From NCBI GenBank assembly GCA_965279035.1, contig OZ257142.1:2057302-2121301 (forward strand): a stretch of 64,000 nt of DNA, written 5' to 3'. Each line of letters begins with the position of its first letter. Position 1 is the first letter of the stretch. The translations under genes were made by a program, and so were the position numbers. The notes below the pieces were generated by a model that was given only the letters and a program-made list of their open reading frames with translations, did no database searches and was not told the origin of the DNA. Shown here piece by piece: positions 42,901 through 51,297 of the stretch. Origin of the DNA: Bacteroidia bacterium. GTDB taxonomy: Bacteria; Bacteroidota; Bacteroidia; M30B66.

Positions 42901-43843
42901 TATACCAACAGTTTTTGATAAAAAAGCAACATATTACACACTTGGAAATGATCCTACTTCACCCATAAAACCATTTCAACTTCAAAAAAACGTTATTTTC
43001 AGAGGACCTGCTACCGTTACTAATGGAAATTTCACCTTCAGTTTTGTTGTTCCTCAAGACATTCAATTTAATTTTGGGACTGGAAAGATTAGTTATTATG
43101 CTAGAAAGAATGGATCACTAGATGATGCTCATGGTTATAATAATGGAATTATAGTCGGCGGTTTTAGTGATAATCCAATAACAGATAACACAGGTCCAGA
43201 AATAAGAATCTATATGAATAATGAACAGTTTGTTTCGGGAGGAATGACTGATCAAAAGCCGGATATGTTAGCGTATGTTGAAGATCAAATTGGAATTAAT
43301 ACTGTTGGAACTGGAATCGGTCATGATATAACAGCTATTCTGGATGGAAATACAAGCAATCCATTTATTTTAAATGACTATTATGAAGCAGATCAGGACA
43401 ATTTTAGAAAAGGAAAAATTAGATATCCTTTTAAAGATTTAACACCTGGAAAACATACATTAAGCCTTAAAGTATGGGATGTTGCAAATAATTCTTCAAC
43501 AGCTTCCATCGACTTTGTTGTTGTTAAATCGGAAGAACTTTCATTGGATCATGTTCTTAATTATCCCAATCCATTTACAACACATACTCAATTTTATTAT
43601 GAATACAATCAACCTGGAATACCAGTGAATGTTGATATTCAAATTTATACTGTTGCAGGAAGGTTGGTAAAATCGTTAAATACAACCCAAGTTAGTAATG
43701 GTTATCGTTCCGAAGCCATTGTTTGGGATGGATTGGATGATTTTGGAGATAAGATAGGACGTGGTGTATATGTGTACCGATTACGCGTGAAAACACCTGA
43801 TGGAAAATCAGCCGAAAAAATTGAGAAACTTGTAATCCTATAA
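39998..43843 (+). CDS. porU: Type IX secretion system sortase PorU (C25 gingipain-like peptidase family)
   Basis: 1281 aa. Signal peptide. C25-like catalytic region (NYAGHGGEQSL...TATCEFSRFDNPEF). Synteny with porV. Confidence 0.75.
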   Translation: MQNHSISSLNVKLNFSIAFFIVLTSGLIKAQSFILSKSIKWTNPTEIKISQYDTKKNIHFEGAQYGGDQNDLPYLSEVISIEKNKSVDQVEIVNATYISLTSQELVLIPQGFILNSSPEIVFSTVYDRKHPHLEYRILPFRKSSKGIEKLISFELNVTLKEGNSTYSRPKSTTTTSVLSSGNWYKIGVTNSGVFKISKQLLSTMGVNTSFDPRNFRLYGNGGSILPERNNVFYPDDLAENAVFVQGEQDGIFDDQDYVLFYARGPVSWNYDNVKGVYRHTKNLYSDTAWYFINTDQGLGKRILPQAQSSASSTQIITEFDDYGFVENDEENFLKSGRRWFGNKMETSTSFSFNLNFPNSTSGPHKIISNLVARNTSATNFGITINGQGFNQSVNALTGVGYLDTFAKENESVFLVNGSMSTLNMTVTRQNSSSIAWIDYLIFNIRKSLAFNGTQVSFRAQDATGLGNIADYRISGASSNLKVWELTNKYDIKDQSYTLNGSTISFIQSADSLREYVVLNPSASFPSPIPFGSVNNQNLHGTAQVDMIIIAPAPFLPAAENLANHHRDHDGMTVVVTTPKLIYNEFSSGAQDIAAIRNFVKMFYNRATSTAELPKYLLLMGDGSYDPRNRLANNQNWIPTYESSESLNPIGSYCSDDFFGFLDPTEGTNIQSVGAGLLDIGIGRFPVNSLEEANQISNKVIHYATDLACMNDWRNIVAFIADDEDTNDHINQAESVSALIEQNYPVYNIDKFYLDAYQQESGAGGQRYPQVNIDITNRVNRGALMMNYAGHGGEQSLALERVITIPEIQAWNGFNNMPLFMTATCEFSRFDNPEFTSAGEYVILNPSGGGIALFTTVRLTFSSSNANLNRNIMDTVFATQNGQHLRLGDILRIGKNAPTTGSSFNNRSFALLGDPALMLAFPAYRVTTNSINGNVSSLSDTLSALDLVTITGSVTDINGNVQTNFNGVVIPTVFDKKATYYTLGNDPTSPIKPFQLQKNVIFRGPATVTNGNFTFSFVVPQDIQFNFGTGKISYYARKNGSLDDAHGYNNGIIVGGFSDNPITDNTGPEIRIYMNNEQFVSGGMTDQKPDMLAYVEDQIGINTVGTGIGHDITAILDGNTSNPFILNDYYEADQDNFRKGKIRYPFKDLTPGKHTLSLKVWDVANNSSTASIDFVVVKSEELSLDHVLNYPNPFTTHTQFYYEYNQPGIPVNVDIQIYTVAGRLVKSLNTTQVSNGYRSEAIVWDGLDDFGDKIGRGVYVYRLRVKTPDGKSAEKIEKLVIL

Positions 43844-43878
43844 ATCGTACAAGACGCCATTGTTTTGAAATACTATAT

Positions 43879-45150
43879 TTGACCCATATTTTGAAATTCA
43901 TAATGACAAAACCGACCTTTTCAACAGTCGTAATCTCAACGGCAGCCATTTTACTAGGGTTTGAAGCTAATGCTCAAATTACTTCTAGTCAGCTAAATGG
44001 TCAAACGATTAATACCATTACTACTGCAGTACCGCTTTTGATGATTTCGCCTGATGCGCGTGCAGGAGCTTTGGGTGATGCAGGTGGTGCAATGGGGCCA
44101 GATGCAAATTCAATCCATTGGGGATCAGCTAAATTAGCTTCCAATGAAGGAACTTCTGGTATTTCACTTTCTTATATTCCTTGGTTACGAAATTTAGTTC
44201 CTGATATTAATTTGGGATATCTTTCTTGGTATAAGAAAATGAAAAAACGCCAAACGATAGGTGGTTCACTTCGTTATTTCTCTCTCGGAAATATTGTATT
44301 TACTGATATTGTTGGAAATACTATTGGACAATTCAACCCAAATGAATTTGCCATTGACTTTGCCTATGCTCGTAAATTTTCTGATCGTTGGAGCGGTGGT
44401 ATTACCATGCGTTACATTTATTCAAACCTAACAAATGGAATAGATGTACAAGGAACACCAAGTTTTGCTGGACAAACTGTAGCTGCTGATATTTCAACCT
44501 ATTATAGTAATCCAGATTTGAAACTAGGAGGTAAAAAAGCCACTTATTCATTTGCTGCAGCAATTACAAATATTGGAGGGAAGATTTCTTACACGAAAAC
44601 TGCTGACCGAAATTTTATTCCTACTAACCTTCGTATTGGAAACTCCTTGAAAGTGAAAGTAGATGATTATAACTCCTTTACTTTTCTTTTCGATTTGAAT
44701 AAACTAATGGTTCCAACTCCTCCTGTTCGTTCAGATGGAACGAACAATTATCCTGGTGTTGCTCTTGGAGAAGTTGCTTTTGGGAAAGACAATAATGTTC
44801 CTATTGTAACCGGTATGCTTCAATCATTTTCTGATGCTCCCGGAGTGTTAAAAGCCGATGGAACTCGCAGTGTTTTGAAAGAAGAATTACGAGAAATAAA
44901 TCCTTGTGGTGGAATTGAATACAGTTACAATAACGTATTTGCGATTCGTACCGGTTATTTTTATGAGCATCCAACCAAAGGAAATCGTCGTTATTTTACC
45001 TTGGGTGCAGGAGTTAAATTCAATGTATTTACTTTGGATTTAGCGTATTTGATTCCAACACAGCAACGTAATCCATTGGAAAATACTTTACGTTTCACCT
45101 TACAATTTGATTTCGGTGCTTTCCAATCACAGAATAAGAGTTCCGAATAA
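43879..45150 (+). CDS. porV: Type IX secretion system outer-membrane shuttle protein PorV (LptO)
   Basis: TTAVPLLMISPDARAGALGDAGGAM N-terminal motif and beta-barrel alternation. Directly downstream of porU. Confidence 0.75.
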   Translation: MTHILKFIMTKPTFSTVVISTAAILLGFEANAQITSSQLNGQTINTITTAVPLLMISPDARAGALGDAGGAMGPDANSIHWGSAKLASNEGTSGISLSYIPWLRNLVPDINLGYLSWYKKMKKRQTIGGSLRYFSLGNIVFTDIVGNTIGQFNPNEFAIDFAYARKFSDRWSGGITMRYIYSNLTNGIDVQGTPSFAGQTVAADISTYYSNPDLKLGGKKATYSFAAAITNIGGKISYTKTADRNFIPTNLRIGNSLKVKVDDYNSFTFLFDLNKLMVPTPPVRSDGTNNYPGVALGEVAFGKDNNVPIVTGMLQSFSDAPGVLKADGTRSVLKEELREINPCGGIEYSYNNVFAIRTGYFYEHPTKGNRRYFTLGAGVKFNVFTLDLAYLIPTQQRNPLENTLRFTLQFDFGAFQSQNKSSE

Positions 45151-45627
45151 ATGAATATACGTGTAGGGCAAGGGGTTGATGTTCATCAACTCAGTGAAGG
45201 TTATGATTTATGGCTGGGAGGATTGAAGATTCCTCATCATAAAGGAGCTGTTGGCCATTCGGATGCAGATGTTTTAATTCATGCCATTTGCGATGCTTTG
45301 CTTGGTGCCGCTAATTTGCGCGACATAGGTTACCATTTTCCAGATACTTCTTCTGAATTCAAAGGAATTGATAGTAAAATCTTGCTTCGTCGAGTTACGG
45401 ATTTACTTTTTGAAAAAGGATGGAAAGTAGGAAATGTGGACACCACGCTCATTTTGGAACAGCCTAAAATCAAACCCTATATAGAGCAAATGCAGGAAAC
45501 ACTTGCTCCATTAATGGGAATTGAAACAGATGCAATCTCTATAAAAGCTACTACAAACGAAACGATGGGATATGTTGGAAGGCAAGAAGGTGTTCTAGCA
45601 TATGCAACGGCTCTCATTTATCGTTGA
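45151..45627 (+). CDS. ispF: 2-C-methyl-D-erythritol 2,4-cyclodiphosphate synthase
   Basis: RVGQGVDVHQL...GHSDADVLIHAICDALLGA. Confidence 0.9.
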   Translation: MNIRVGQGVDVHQLSEGYDLWLGGLKIPHHKGAVGHSDADVLIHAICDALLGAANLRDIGYHFPDTSSEFKGIDSKILLRRVTDLLFEKGWKVGNVDTTLILEQPKIKPYIEQMQETLAPLMGIETDAISIKATTNETMGYVGRQEGVLAYATALIYR

Positions 45628-45663
45628 TTTGCTTGTTAACTGCTCCTTTGTATCTTTACCCAG

Positions 45664-46155
45664 ATGCGAGAACTGCACTTTACTTCATTAGTTAGAGAAT
45701 ACGATCAACTGGAAAACCTTCCTGAGACTGATCAAAAATTAATGAACGCCGCTATTGAAGCGAGTTCCAGAGCTTATGCTCCTTATTCACATTTTTACGT
45801 TGGTGCCGCTGTTTTACTCGAAGACGGCACTATAGTTTTGGGTAATAACCAAGAAAACGTTGCCTATCCTTCGGGTTTATGTGCTGAACGGACTGCTTTA
45901 TTTGCAGCTGGCGCGAACTTTCCAGGAAAAGGTGTGTTAAAAGTGGCTATTGCAGCCCACTCAGATGATTTTACTGTAGAAACTCCTGTATATCCTTGTG
46001 GTGCTTGCAGGCAAGTTATGTCGGAGTACGAACAATTGAGTAAACGCCCTATGGAAATATTGATGATGGGTGCTCAAGGAAAAGTGCATGTTGTTAACGG
46101 ATTGATAAATATCTTGCCCGTTGCCTTTAATGCAGATAATTTAAAACGAAAATAG
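45664..46155 (+). CDS. cdd: Cytidine deaminase
   Basis: CAER zinc-binding motif plus PCGACRQ. Confidence 0.85.
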   Translation: MRELHFTSLVREYDQLENLPETDQKLMNAAIEASSRAYAPYSHFYVGAAVLLEDGTIVLGNNQENVAYPSGLCAERTALFAAGANFPGKGVLKVAIAAHSDDFTVETPVYPCGACRQVMSEYEQLSKRPMEILMMGAQGKVHVVNGLINILPVAFNADNLKRK

Positions 46156-46227
46156 ATTGATTCTTCGCAATTATTATTGCAGAATAGTATATTCTTATAA
46201 ATTTGCCCACCCAACAGGAAAAAAGAA

Positions 46228-47223
46228 ATGGCAAAGCCTAAATTCAAGAAAGAACAATACCTGAAATGGTATGAAGAAATGCTTCTGTGGCGCCGGTTTG
46301 AGGAAAAGTCAAGCCAGTTATATATTCAACAGAAAATTCGTGGATTCTGTCACCTTTATATTGGACAAGAAGCTGTATTAGCTGGTGCTATGAGCGCAAC
46401 ACGATCAAGTGATAATATGATTACTGCTTATCGTGATCACGTTCAGCCGATTGCAAAAGGAGTTTCTCCTAATGCTGTTATGGCTGAATTAATGGCCAAA
46501 GCTACTGGATGCTCTAAAGGTAAAGGCGGATCCATGCACATGTTCTCTGCTGAACATAAGTTTTTTGGTGGTCACGGAATCGTAGGTGGACAAATACCTC
46601 TCGGAGCAGGTATTGCTTTCGCCGATAAGTACAATGGCAACGATAATGTTACCTTAACTTATATGGGTGACGGAGCCGTTCGTCAAGGAGCTTTGCATGA
46701 AGCATTTAATATGGCTATGCTGTGGAAATTGCCTGTTGTTTTCATCATTGAGAATAACAATTACGCAATGGGCACCTCAGTTCAACGTACAACCAATGTA
46801 CATGAACTTTACAAAATTGGTTTATCCTACGATATGCCTTCGAAAGCTGTTGATGGAATGAGCGTTGAAGATGTTCATGATGCAATGGTTTGGGCTGTTG
46901 ATCGTGCCCGTAAGGGTGAAGGTCCAAGTTTATTGGAAATGAAAACCTATCGTTTCCGTGGACATTCGATGTCTGATCCTGGTAAATACCGTACAAAAGA
47001 AGAAGTTGAGTCTTATAAATCTCAAGATCCTATTGAGCAAGTGTTAGAAACACTTCGTAAAAATAAGTGGATTACAGAAGCTGAAGTTGAAGCAACCGAA
47101 GAACGCGTGAAAGCAGTGGTGGAAGAATCAGTTGTTTTTGCTGAAGAATCGCCATATCCTACAGTTGATGAACTATACAAAGATGTATATGTTCAAGATA
47201 ATTACCCTTACATTCTCGATTAA
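46228..47223 (+). CDS. pdhA: Pyruvate/2-oxoacid dehydrogenase E1 component alpha subunit (TPP-dependent)
   Basis: TPP-binding YMGDGAVRQGALHEAFN. 331 aa. Confidence 0.85.
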   Translation: MAKPKFKKEQYLKWYEEMLLWRRFEEKSSQLYIQQKIRGFCHLYIGQEAVLAGAMSATRSSDNMITAYRDHVQPIAKGVSPNAVMAELMAKATGCSKGKGGSMHMFSAEHKFFGGHGIVGGQIPLGAGIAFADKYNGNDNVTLTYMGDGAVRQGALHEAFNMAMLWKLPVVFIIENNNYAMGTSVQRTTNVHELYKIGLSYDMPSKAVDGMSVEDVHDAMVWAVDRARKGEGPSLLEMKTYRFRGHSMSDPGKYRTKEEVESYKSQDPIEQVLETLRKNKWITEAEVEATEERVKAVVEESVVFAEESPYPTVDELYKDVYVQDNYPYILD

Positions 47224-47242
47224 TACAGGAAAATAGAACGAT

Positions 47243-48487
47243 ATGGCAGAAATTGTCAAAATGCCCAAACTGAGCGATACCATGGAAGAAGGTGTTGTTT
47301 CGAAATGGCATAAGAAAGTGGGCGACAAAGTAAAATCAGGAGATTTGCTTGCCGAAATCGAAACCGATAAAGCCACCATGGATTTTGAATCTTTTCAAGA
47401 TGGAGTGGTTCTATATATTGGAGTAGAAGAAGGAAAAGGTGCTCCTGTAGATTCTATTCTAGCAATTCTAGGGAAAGAAGGAGAAGATTATAAATCATTG
47501 ATTAGTGGTGCTTCTGGAGGATCGGTTACGAAAGCCGAAAGTGCTCCTGTTGAAACAGCTGCTCCAGTTGCTGCATCTGCTCCTGTTGCTGCATCTACGC
47601 CAGTAGTAAGTACTATTGCAGATGATTCTTCTCGTATGAAAGCATCTCCATTAGCTAAAAAAATTGCTTCGGATAAAGGAATTGATATTAATCAAGTACA
47701 AGGTTCGGGTGATGGTGGACGTATCGTAAAACGCGATGTAGAAAACTTCAGTCCTTCGACTACTTCTGCAAAACCTGCTGCAGCGCCTTATATTTCGGTT
47801 GGAACAGAAAGTTATTCAGAAGAGAATGTATCTCAAATGCGCAAAGTCATTGCGCGTAGATTGGCTGAGAGTAAGTTTAGTGCTCCGCATTTTTACTTAA
47901 CTATAGAAATCGATATGGACAATGCCATAGCTGCTCGTTCGTCGATTAACGCTTCTGGAGATGTTAAAATCTCATTCAACGATTTTGTGGTGAAAGCCTC
48001 TTCGATGGCGCTTCGTAAACACCAAGCAATTAATTCATCTTGGTTGGGCGATAAAATTCGTCGTAATCACCATGTGCATATTGGAGTGGCAATGGCGGTA
48101 GAAGATGGATTACTTGTTCCAGTTGTTCGTTTTGCTGATAATAAAAGCTTGTCTCAAATTTCGGCAGAAGTTAAAGAATATTCGGCTAAAGCAAAATCGA
48201 AGAAATTACAACCTCAGGATTGGGAAGGAAACACGTTCACGATTAGCAATCTGGGTATGTTTGATATTGAAGAATTTACGGCGATTATCAATCCTCCTGA
48301 TGCCTGTATTTTAGCAGTTGGTTCTATCAAACAGAAACCTGTTGTGAAAAATGGGGCTGTAGTTCCTGGAAATGTGATGAAACTAACACTTAGTTGTGAT
48401 CACCGTGTGGTTGATGGAGCAAGCGGTGCTGCATTCTTGAAAACACTCAAAGAATATCTTGAGCAACCAGTCATGATGCTTGTTTAA
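47243..48487 (+). CDS. Dihydrolipoamide acyltransferase E2 component (lipoyl domain, subunit-binding domain, catalytic domain)
   Basis: Lipoyl attachment EIETDKATMDF, Ala/Pro linker, catalytic DHRVVDGA. Confidence 0.85.
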   Translation: MAEIVKMPKLSDTMEEGVVSKWHKKVGDKVKSGDLLAEIETDKATMDFESFQDGVVLYIGVEEGKGAPVDSILAILGKEGEDYKSLISGASGGSVTKAESAPVETAAPVAASAPVAASTPVVSTIADDSSRMKASPLAKKIASDKGIDINQVQGSGDGGRIVKRDVENFSPSTTSAKPAAAPYISVGTESYSEENVSQMRKVIARRLAESKFSAPHFYLTIEIDMDNAIAARSSINASGDVKISFNDFVVKASSMALRKHQAINSSWLGDKIRRNHHVHIGVAMAVEDGLLVPVVRFADNKSLSQISAEVKEYSAKAKSKKLQPQDWEGNTFTISNLGMFDIEEFTAIINPPDACILAVGSIKQKPVVKNGAVVPGNVMKLTLSCDHRVVDGASGAAFLKTLKEYLEQPVMMLV

Positions 48488-48509
48488 GGTTTCAATAAAA
48501 CAAAAGAAA

Positions 48510-48543
48510 AGCCCTGTGACGATGATGTTACAGGGCTTTTTTT
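48510..48543 (+). terminator. Rho-independent terminator of the E2 gene
   Basis: agccctgt-gacgatgatgtt-acagggct followed by ttttttt. Confidence 0.7.
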
Positions 48544-48678
48544 ATGTCAGTAAGCCCTCTAGACTTTGTATGAGCGGTTGAGGCGGTAGCCCGCATTGTG
48601 CGCCGCAGCGAAAGCGAAGGTGAACAGGAGGACTAATAGCCGAAGACGCGACCCGAAGGGGCATACCCAAATAAACAA

Positions 48679-49293
48679 TCAGAAAAGGCCGTTAATTTCT
48701 GCGTCGATACGGTTGATGATTTCTCCTAAATGCTCTGGATTTTCGCTGAATTTATTTTCATCCACATCCACAATCATGAGTTTGCCCACGGTGTAGTTCG
48801 ATATCCACGCTTCGTAACGCTCATTCAAACGTTTCAAATAATCGAGGCGAATAGAATTTTCGTAATCACGTCCGCGCTTTTGGATTTGATTCACCAATGT
48901 TGGAACACTCGCACGTAAATAAATCAATACATCGGGCGGAGCAATAAAGCTCGACATGAGATTGAATAATGTGAAGTAGTTTTCAAAATCGCGTGTGGTC
49001 ATCAAGCCCATCGCGTGCAGGTTGGGAGCGAAGATATACGCATCTTCATAAATCGTCCGATCCTGAATCACGTGTTTGCCGCTTTTGCGAATATCGTTCA
49101 CTTGATTGAAACGAGAATTCAAGAAGTAAATCTGCAAGTTGAATGACCAACGTTGCATGTCTTCGTAAAAGTCGTTCAGATAGGGATTGTCGTCTGCGTC
49201 CTCGAAATGCGGAACCCAGTTGTAGTGTTTCGACAACAAAGAAGTAAGTGTGGTCTTTCCGGAACCAATATTTCCAGCAACAGCTACATGCAT
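48679..49293 (-). CDS. Deoxynucleoside kinase
   Basis: P-loop VAGNIGSGKTT and an ERxY-type dNK pattern. 204 aa. Confidence 0.8.
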   Translation of the reverse strand: MHVAVAGNIGSGKTTLTSLLSKHYNWVPHFEDADDNPYLNDFYEDMQRWSFNLQIYFLNSRFNQVNDIRKSGKHVIQDRTIYEDAYIFAPNLHAMGLMTTRDFENYFTLFNLMSSFIAPPDVLIYLRASVPTLVNQIQKRGRDYENSIRLDYLKRLNERYEAWISNYTVGKLMIVDVDENKFSENPEHLGEIINRIDAEINGLF

Positions 49294-49408
49294 AGTATTT
49301 ATTTAAGGCGCCTAAAATACGCAGGTTCCATCGTTTTCAAAACCCGAAAGTTAAAAAACCTACTCTTTGAGTTTGATTTATTGAATTTTGTATTTAAATA
49401 ATTGATAT

Positions 49409-50638
49409 TCAGCGCCCTTGATAAAGGAGTGATGAAAGTTGCGATTCTTCAAAAATCTCATTCGCAATATTTCGTAAGTCTTTGGAACTGAGCGATTCTA
49501 TCTTTTGTGAAACTTCTTCAAATGTATCTATCTTATTGAAAATCAAGAAAGTCTTTGCGAATCCCAACATGAGTGAAGAATTGCTTTCTTGAGCGATTGC
49601 CATCTGTCCAATCAATTGGTTTTTTGCTTTTTGAAGTTGTAAAACGCCTAATTCTTTTTCTCTGAGCTTCCTCATTTCGGCTAAAACCAAATCACGACAA
49701 CGTTCAACCCAAGCAGCTTCTGTTCCCAAATAAACACTCCACAATCCAGTATCGCTGAATATGGCATAACCTGAATCGATATTATATGTCCATCCATATT
49801 TTTCGCGGATAGCCAAATTCAATCTAGAACTCATGCCTGGTCCACCCAAAAGATTATTCAATAATATCAAGCCTGTACGTTTGGGATCTCTTACAGAATA
49901 AGCCAAGTTTCCCATCACCAAATGCGCTTGATGGTTCTTTCTTTTTTCAATGATATGTGTTGGCCTATAAAGTGGAACTGTTTCACGAACAAACGTCCTC
50001 GGATTGTTGGGTTGAAGTCCAATGGTTCGATCAAGAAAAGATTTAATTTTTGAAACTGGGATGTTTCCTACAAAAGAAAATACAATTTGATCTGTATTCC
50101 AGGTGCGTTTAATAAAGGATTTAATATCTGCTGGACTGAATTTTTTGAGGTGTGCTGGAGTTCCCAAAATATCATGACCAAGCGAATGGTTCGGATAGAT
50201 TTGTTCTTCAAAACGATCATAGATTTCTTCAGAAGGACTGTCCTTATATGAATTTATCTCATCGATGATGACCGTTTTTTCTTTGTTGATTTCCTTTTCG
50301 GGAAAGCTGGAGAAAAAGGCAATGTCGTTTAAGAGTTCAATCGCACGTTGATAATGGGCGGATAGAAAAGTTCCATAAAGAACTGTTTCTTCTTTACTCG
50401 TATAAGCGTTCAGTTCACCACCAACATCTTCCATTCGGCTAAGAATGTGAAACGCTTTTCGTTTGGGTGTGCCTTTAAAAACTGAATGTTCGATAAAATG
50501 TGCTAAACCGTGTTCATGCTCTAATTCATCACGACTTCCGGCATTGATAAACAATCCACAATGAGCAACAGGACTGTTTACCTGCGTATAAATTACACGA
50601 ATTCCGTTTGCTAAAGTCCAGGTTTGGGGTTTATTCAT
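49409..50638 (-). CDS. M16-family zinc peptidase (insulinase-like)
   Basis: Inverted zinc motif HFIEH...E. Confidence 0.8.
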   Translation of the reverse strand: MNKPQTWTLANGIRVIYTQVNSPVAHCGLFINAGSRDELEHEHGLAHFIEHSVFKGTPKRKAFHILSRMEDVGGELNAYTSKEETVLYGTFLSAHYQRAIELLNDIAFFSSFPEKEINKEKTVIIDEINSYKDSPSEEIYDRFEEQIYPNHSLGHDILGTPAHLKKFSPADIKSFIKRTWNTDQIVFSFVGNIPVSKIKSFLDRTIGLQPNNPRTFVRETVPLYRPTHIIEKRKNHQAHLVMGNLAYSVRDPKRTGLILLNNLLGGPGMSSRLNLAIREKYGWTYNIDSGYAIFSDTGLWSVYLGTEAAWVERCRDLVLAEMRKLREKELGVLQLQKAKNQLIGQMAIAQESNSSLMLGFAKTFLIFNKIDTFEEVSQKIESLSSKDLRNIANEIFEESQLSSLLYQGR

Positions 50639-50882
50639 CGGGCGAATGTAGTTCAGGATCGGTCACAATGCGCTGAACTCGACCAACTGTTCGATCAATT
50701 AGCATCACTTTAATTCCTCGTGAATGATAGGGTTTACTGGTTAATATCCAACGGATTCTTCCTCTAGTGAGTTGTCCCGTTTTTTGATCACGTTTCGTAA
50801 CGATATCAACTTCTTGATTGAGTTGCAAATTGTGCCGATAGCAACCACTATTTGCTATTACACTCGCAGCTTGCACTGGCAT
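50631..50882 (-). CDS. YwbE-family small protein (DUF2196-like)
   Basis: EVDIVTKRDQKTGQLTRGRI...HSRGIKVMLIDRTVGRVQRIV resembles YwbE. The start is uncertain because the ORF overlaps its upstream neighbour by 35 nt. Confidence 0.5.
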   Translation of the reverse strand: MPVQAASVIANSGCYRHNLQLNQEVDIVTKRDQKTGQLTRGRIRWILTSKPYHSRGIKVMLIDRTVGRVQRIVTDPELHSPDE

Positions 50883-51258
50883 CGGGAGTTGGAATTATGG
50901 TAATTAGATAAGTACTTAAATACTCAGAGCGAAACTTCATTTTATACGTTTTGCCATTTCGACCTTTGCCTTGAATTACGTATTCAGGAACTTCTTTACC
51001 ATGAATATCGCTTTGACTGAAAAGTACTTCACCTTCAGAAATTAAAGCCAATACATCTTGATCTGATATTTTATTACAATCGAGTAGGCAACGAGCTTGG
51101 GAAGAAATTTTAATTGGATGTTCTTGCAATGCTTCCATGACACGACCTTCGGGAGTCCAAGCAGGAAAAGTTCGACCACGAAAAAGAAATCCCCAAACAA
51201 CCAAACTTCCTAAAAGAATTCCGAAAATGAATAAACGTAAACGACGACCAAAACTCAT
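50848..51258 (-). CDS. Membrane-anchored hypothetical protein (DUF4258-like C-terminal domain)
   Basis: N-terminal TM helix (LFIFGILLGSLVVWGFLF). Unknown domain. Confidence 0.4.
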   Translation of the reverse strand: MSFGRRLRLFIFGILLGSLVVWGFLFRGRTFPAWTPEGRVMEALQEHPIKISSQARCLLDCNKISDQDVLALISEGEVLFSQSDIHGKEVPEYVIQGKGRNGKTYKMKFRSEYLSTYLITIIPTPDASASCECNSK

Positions 51259-51297
51259 GAGGTAAATTAATTGAAATCAGTTTGAGTTAATTCTCAA

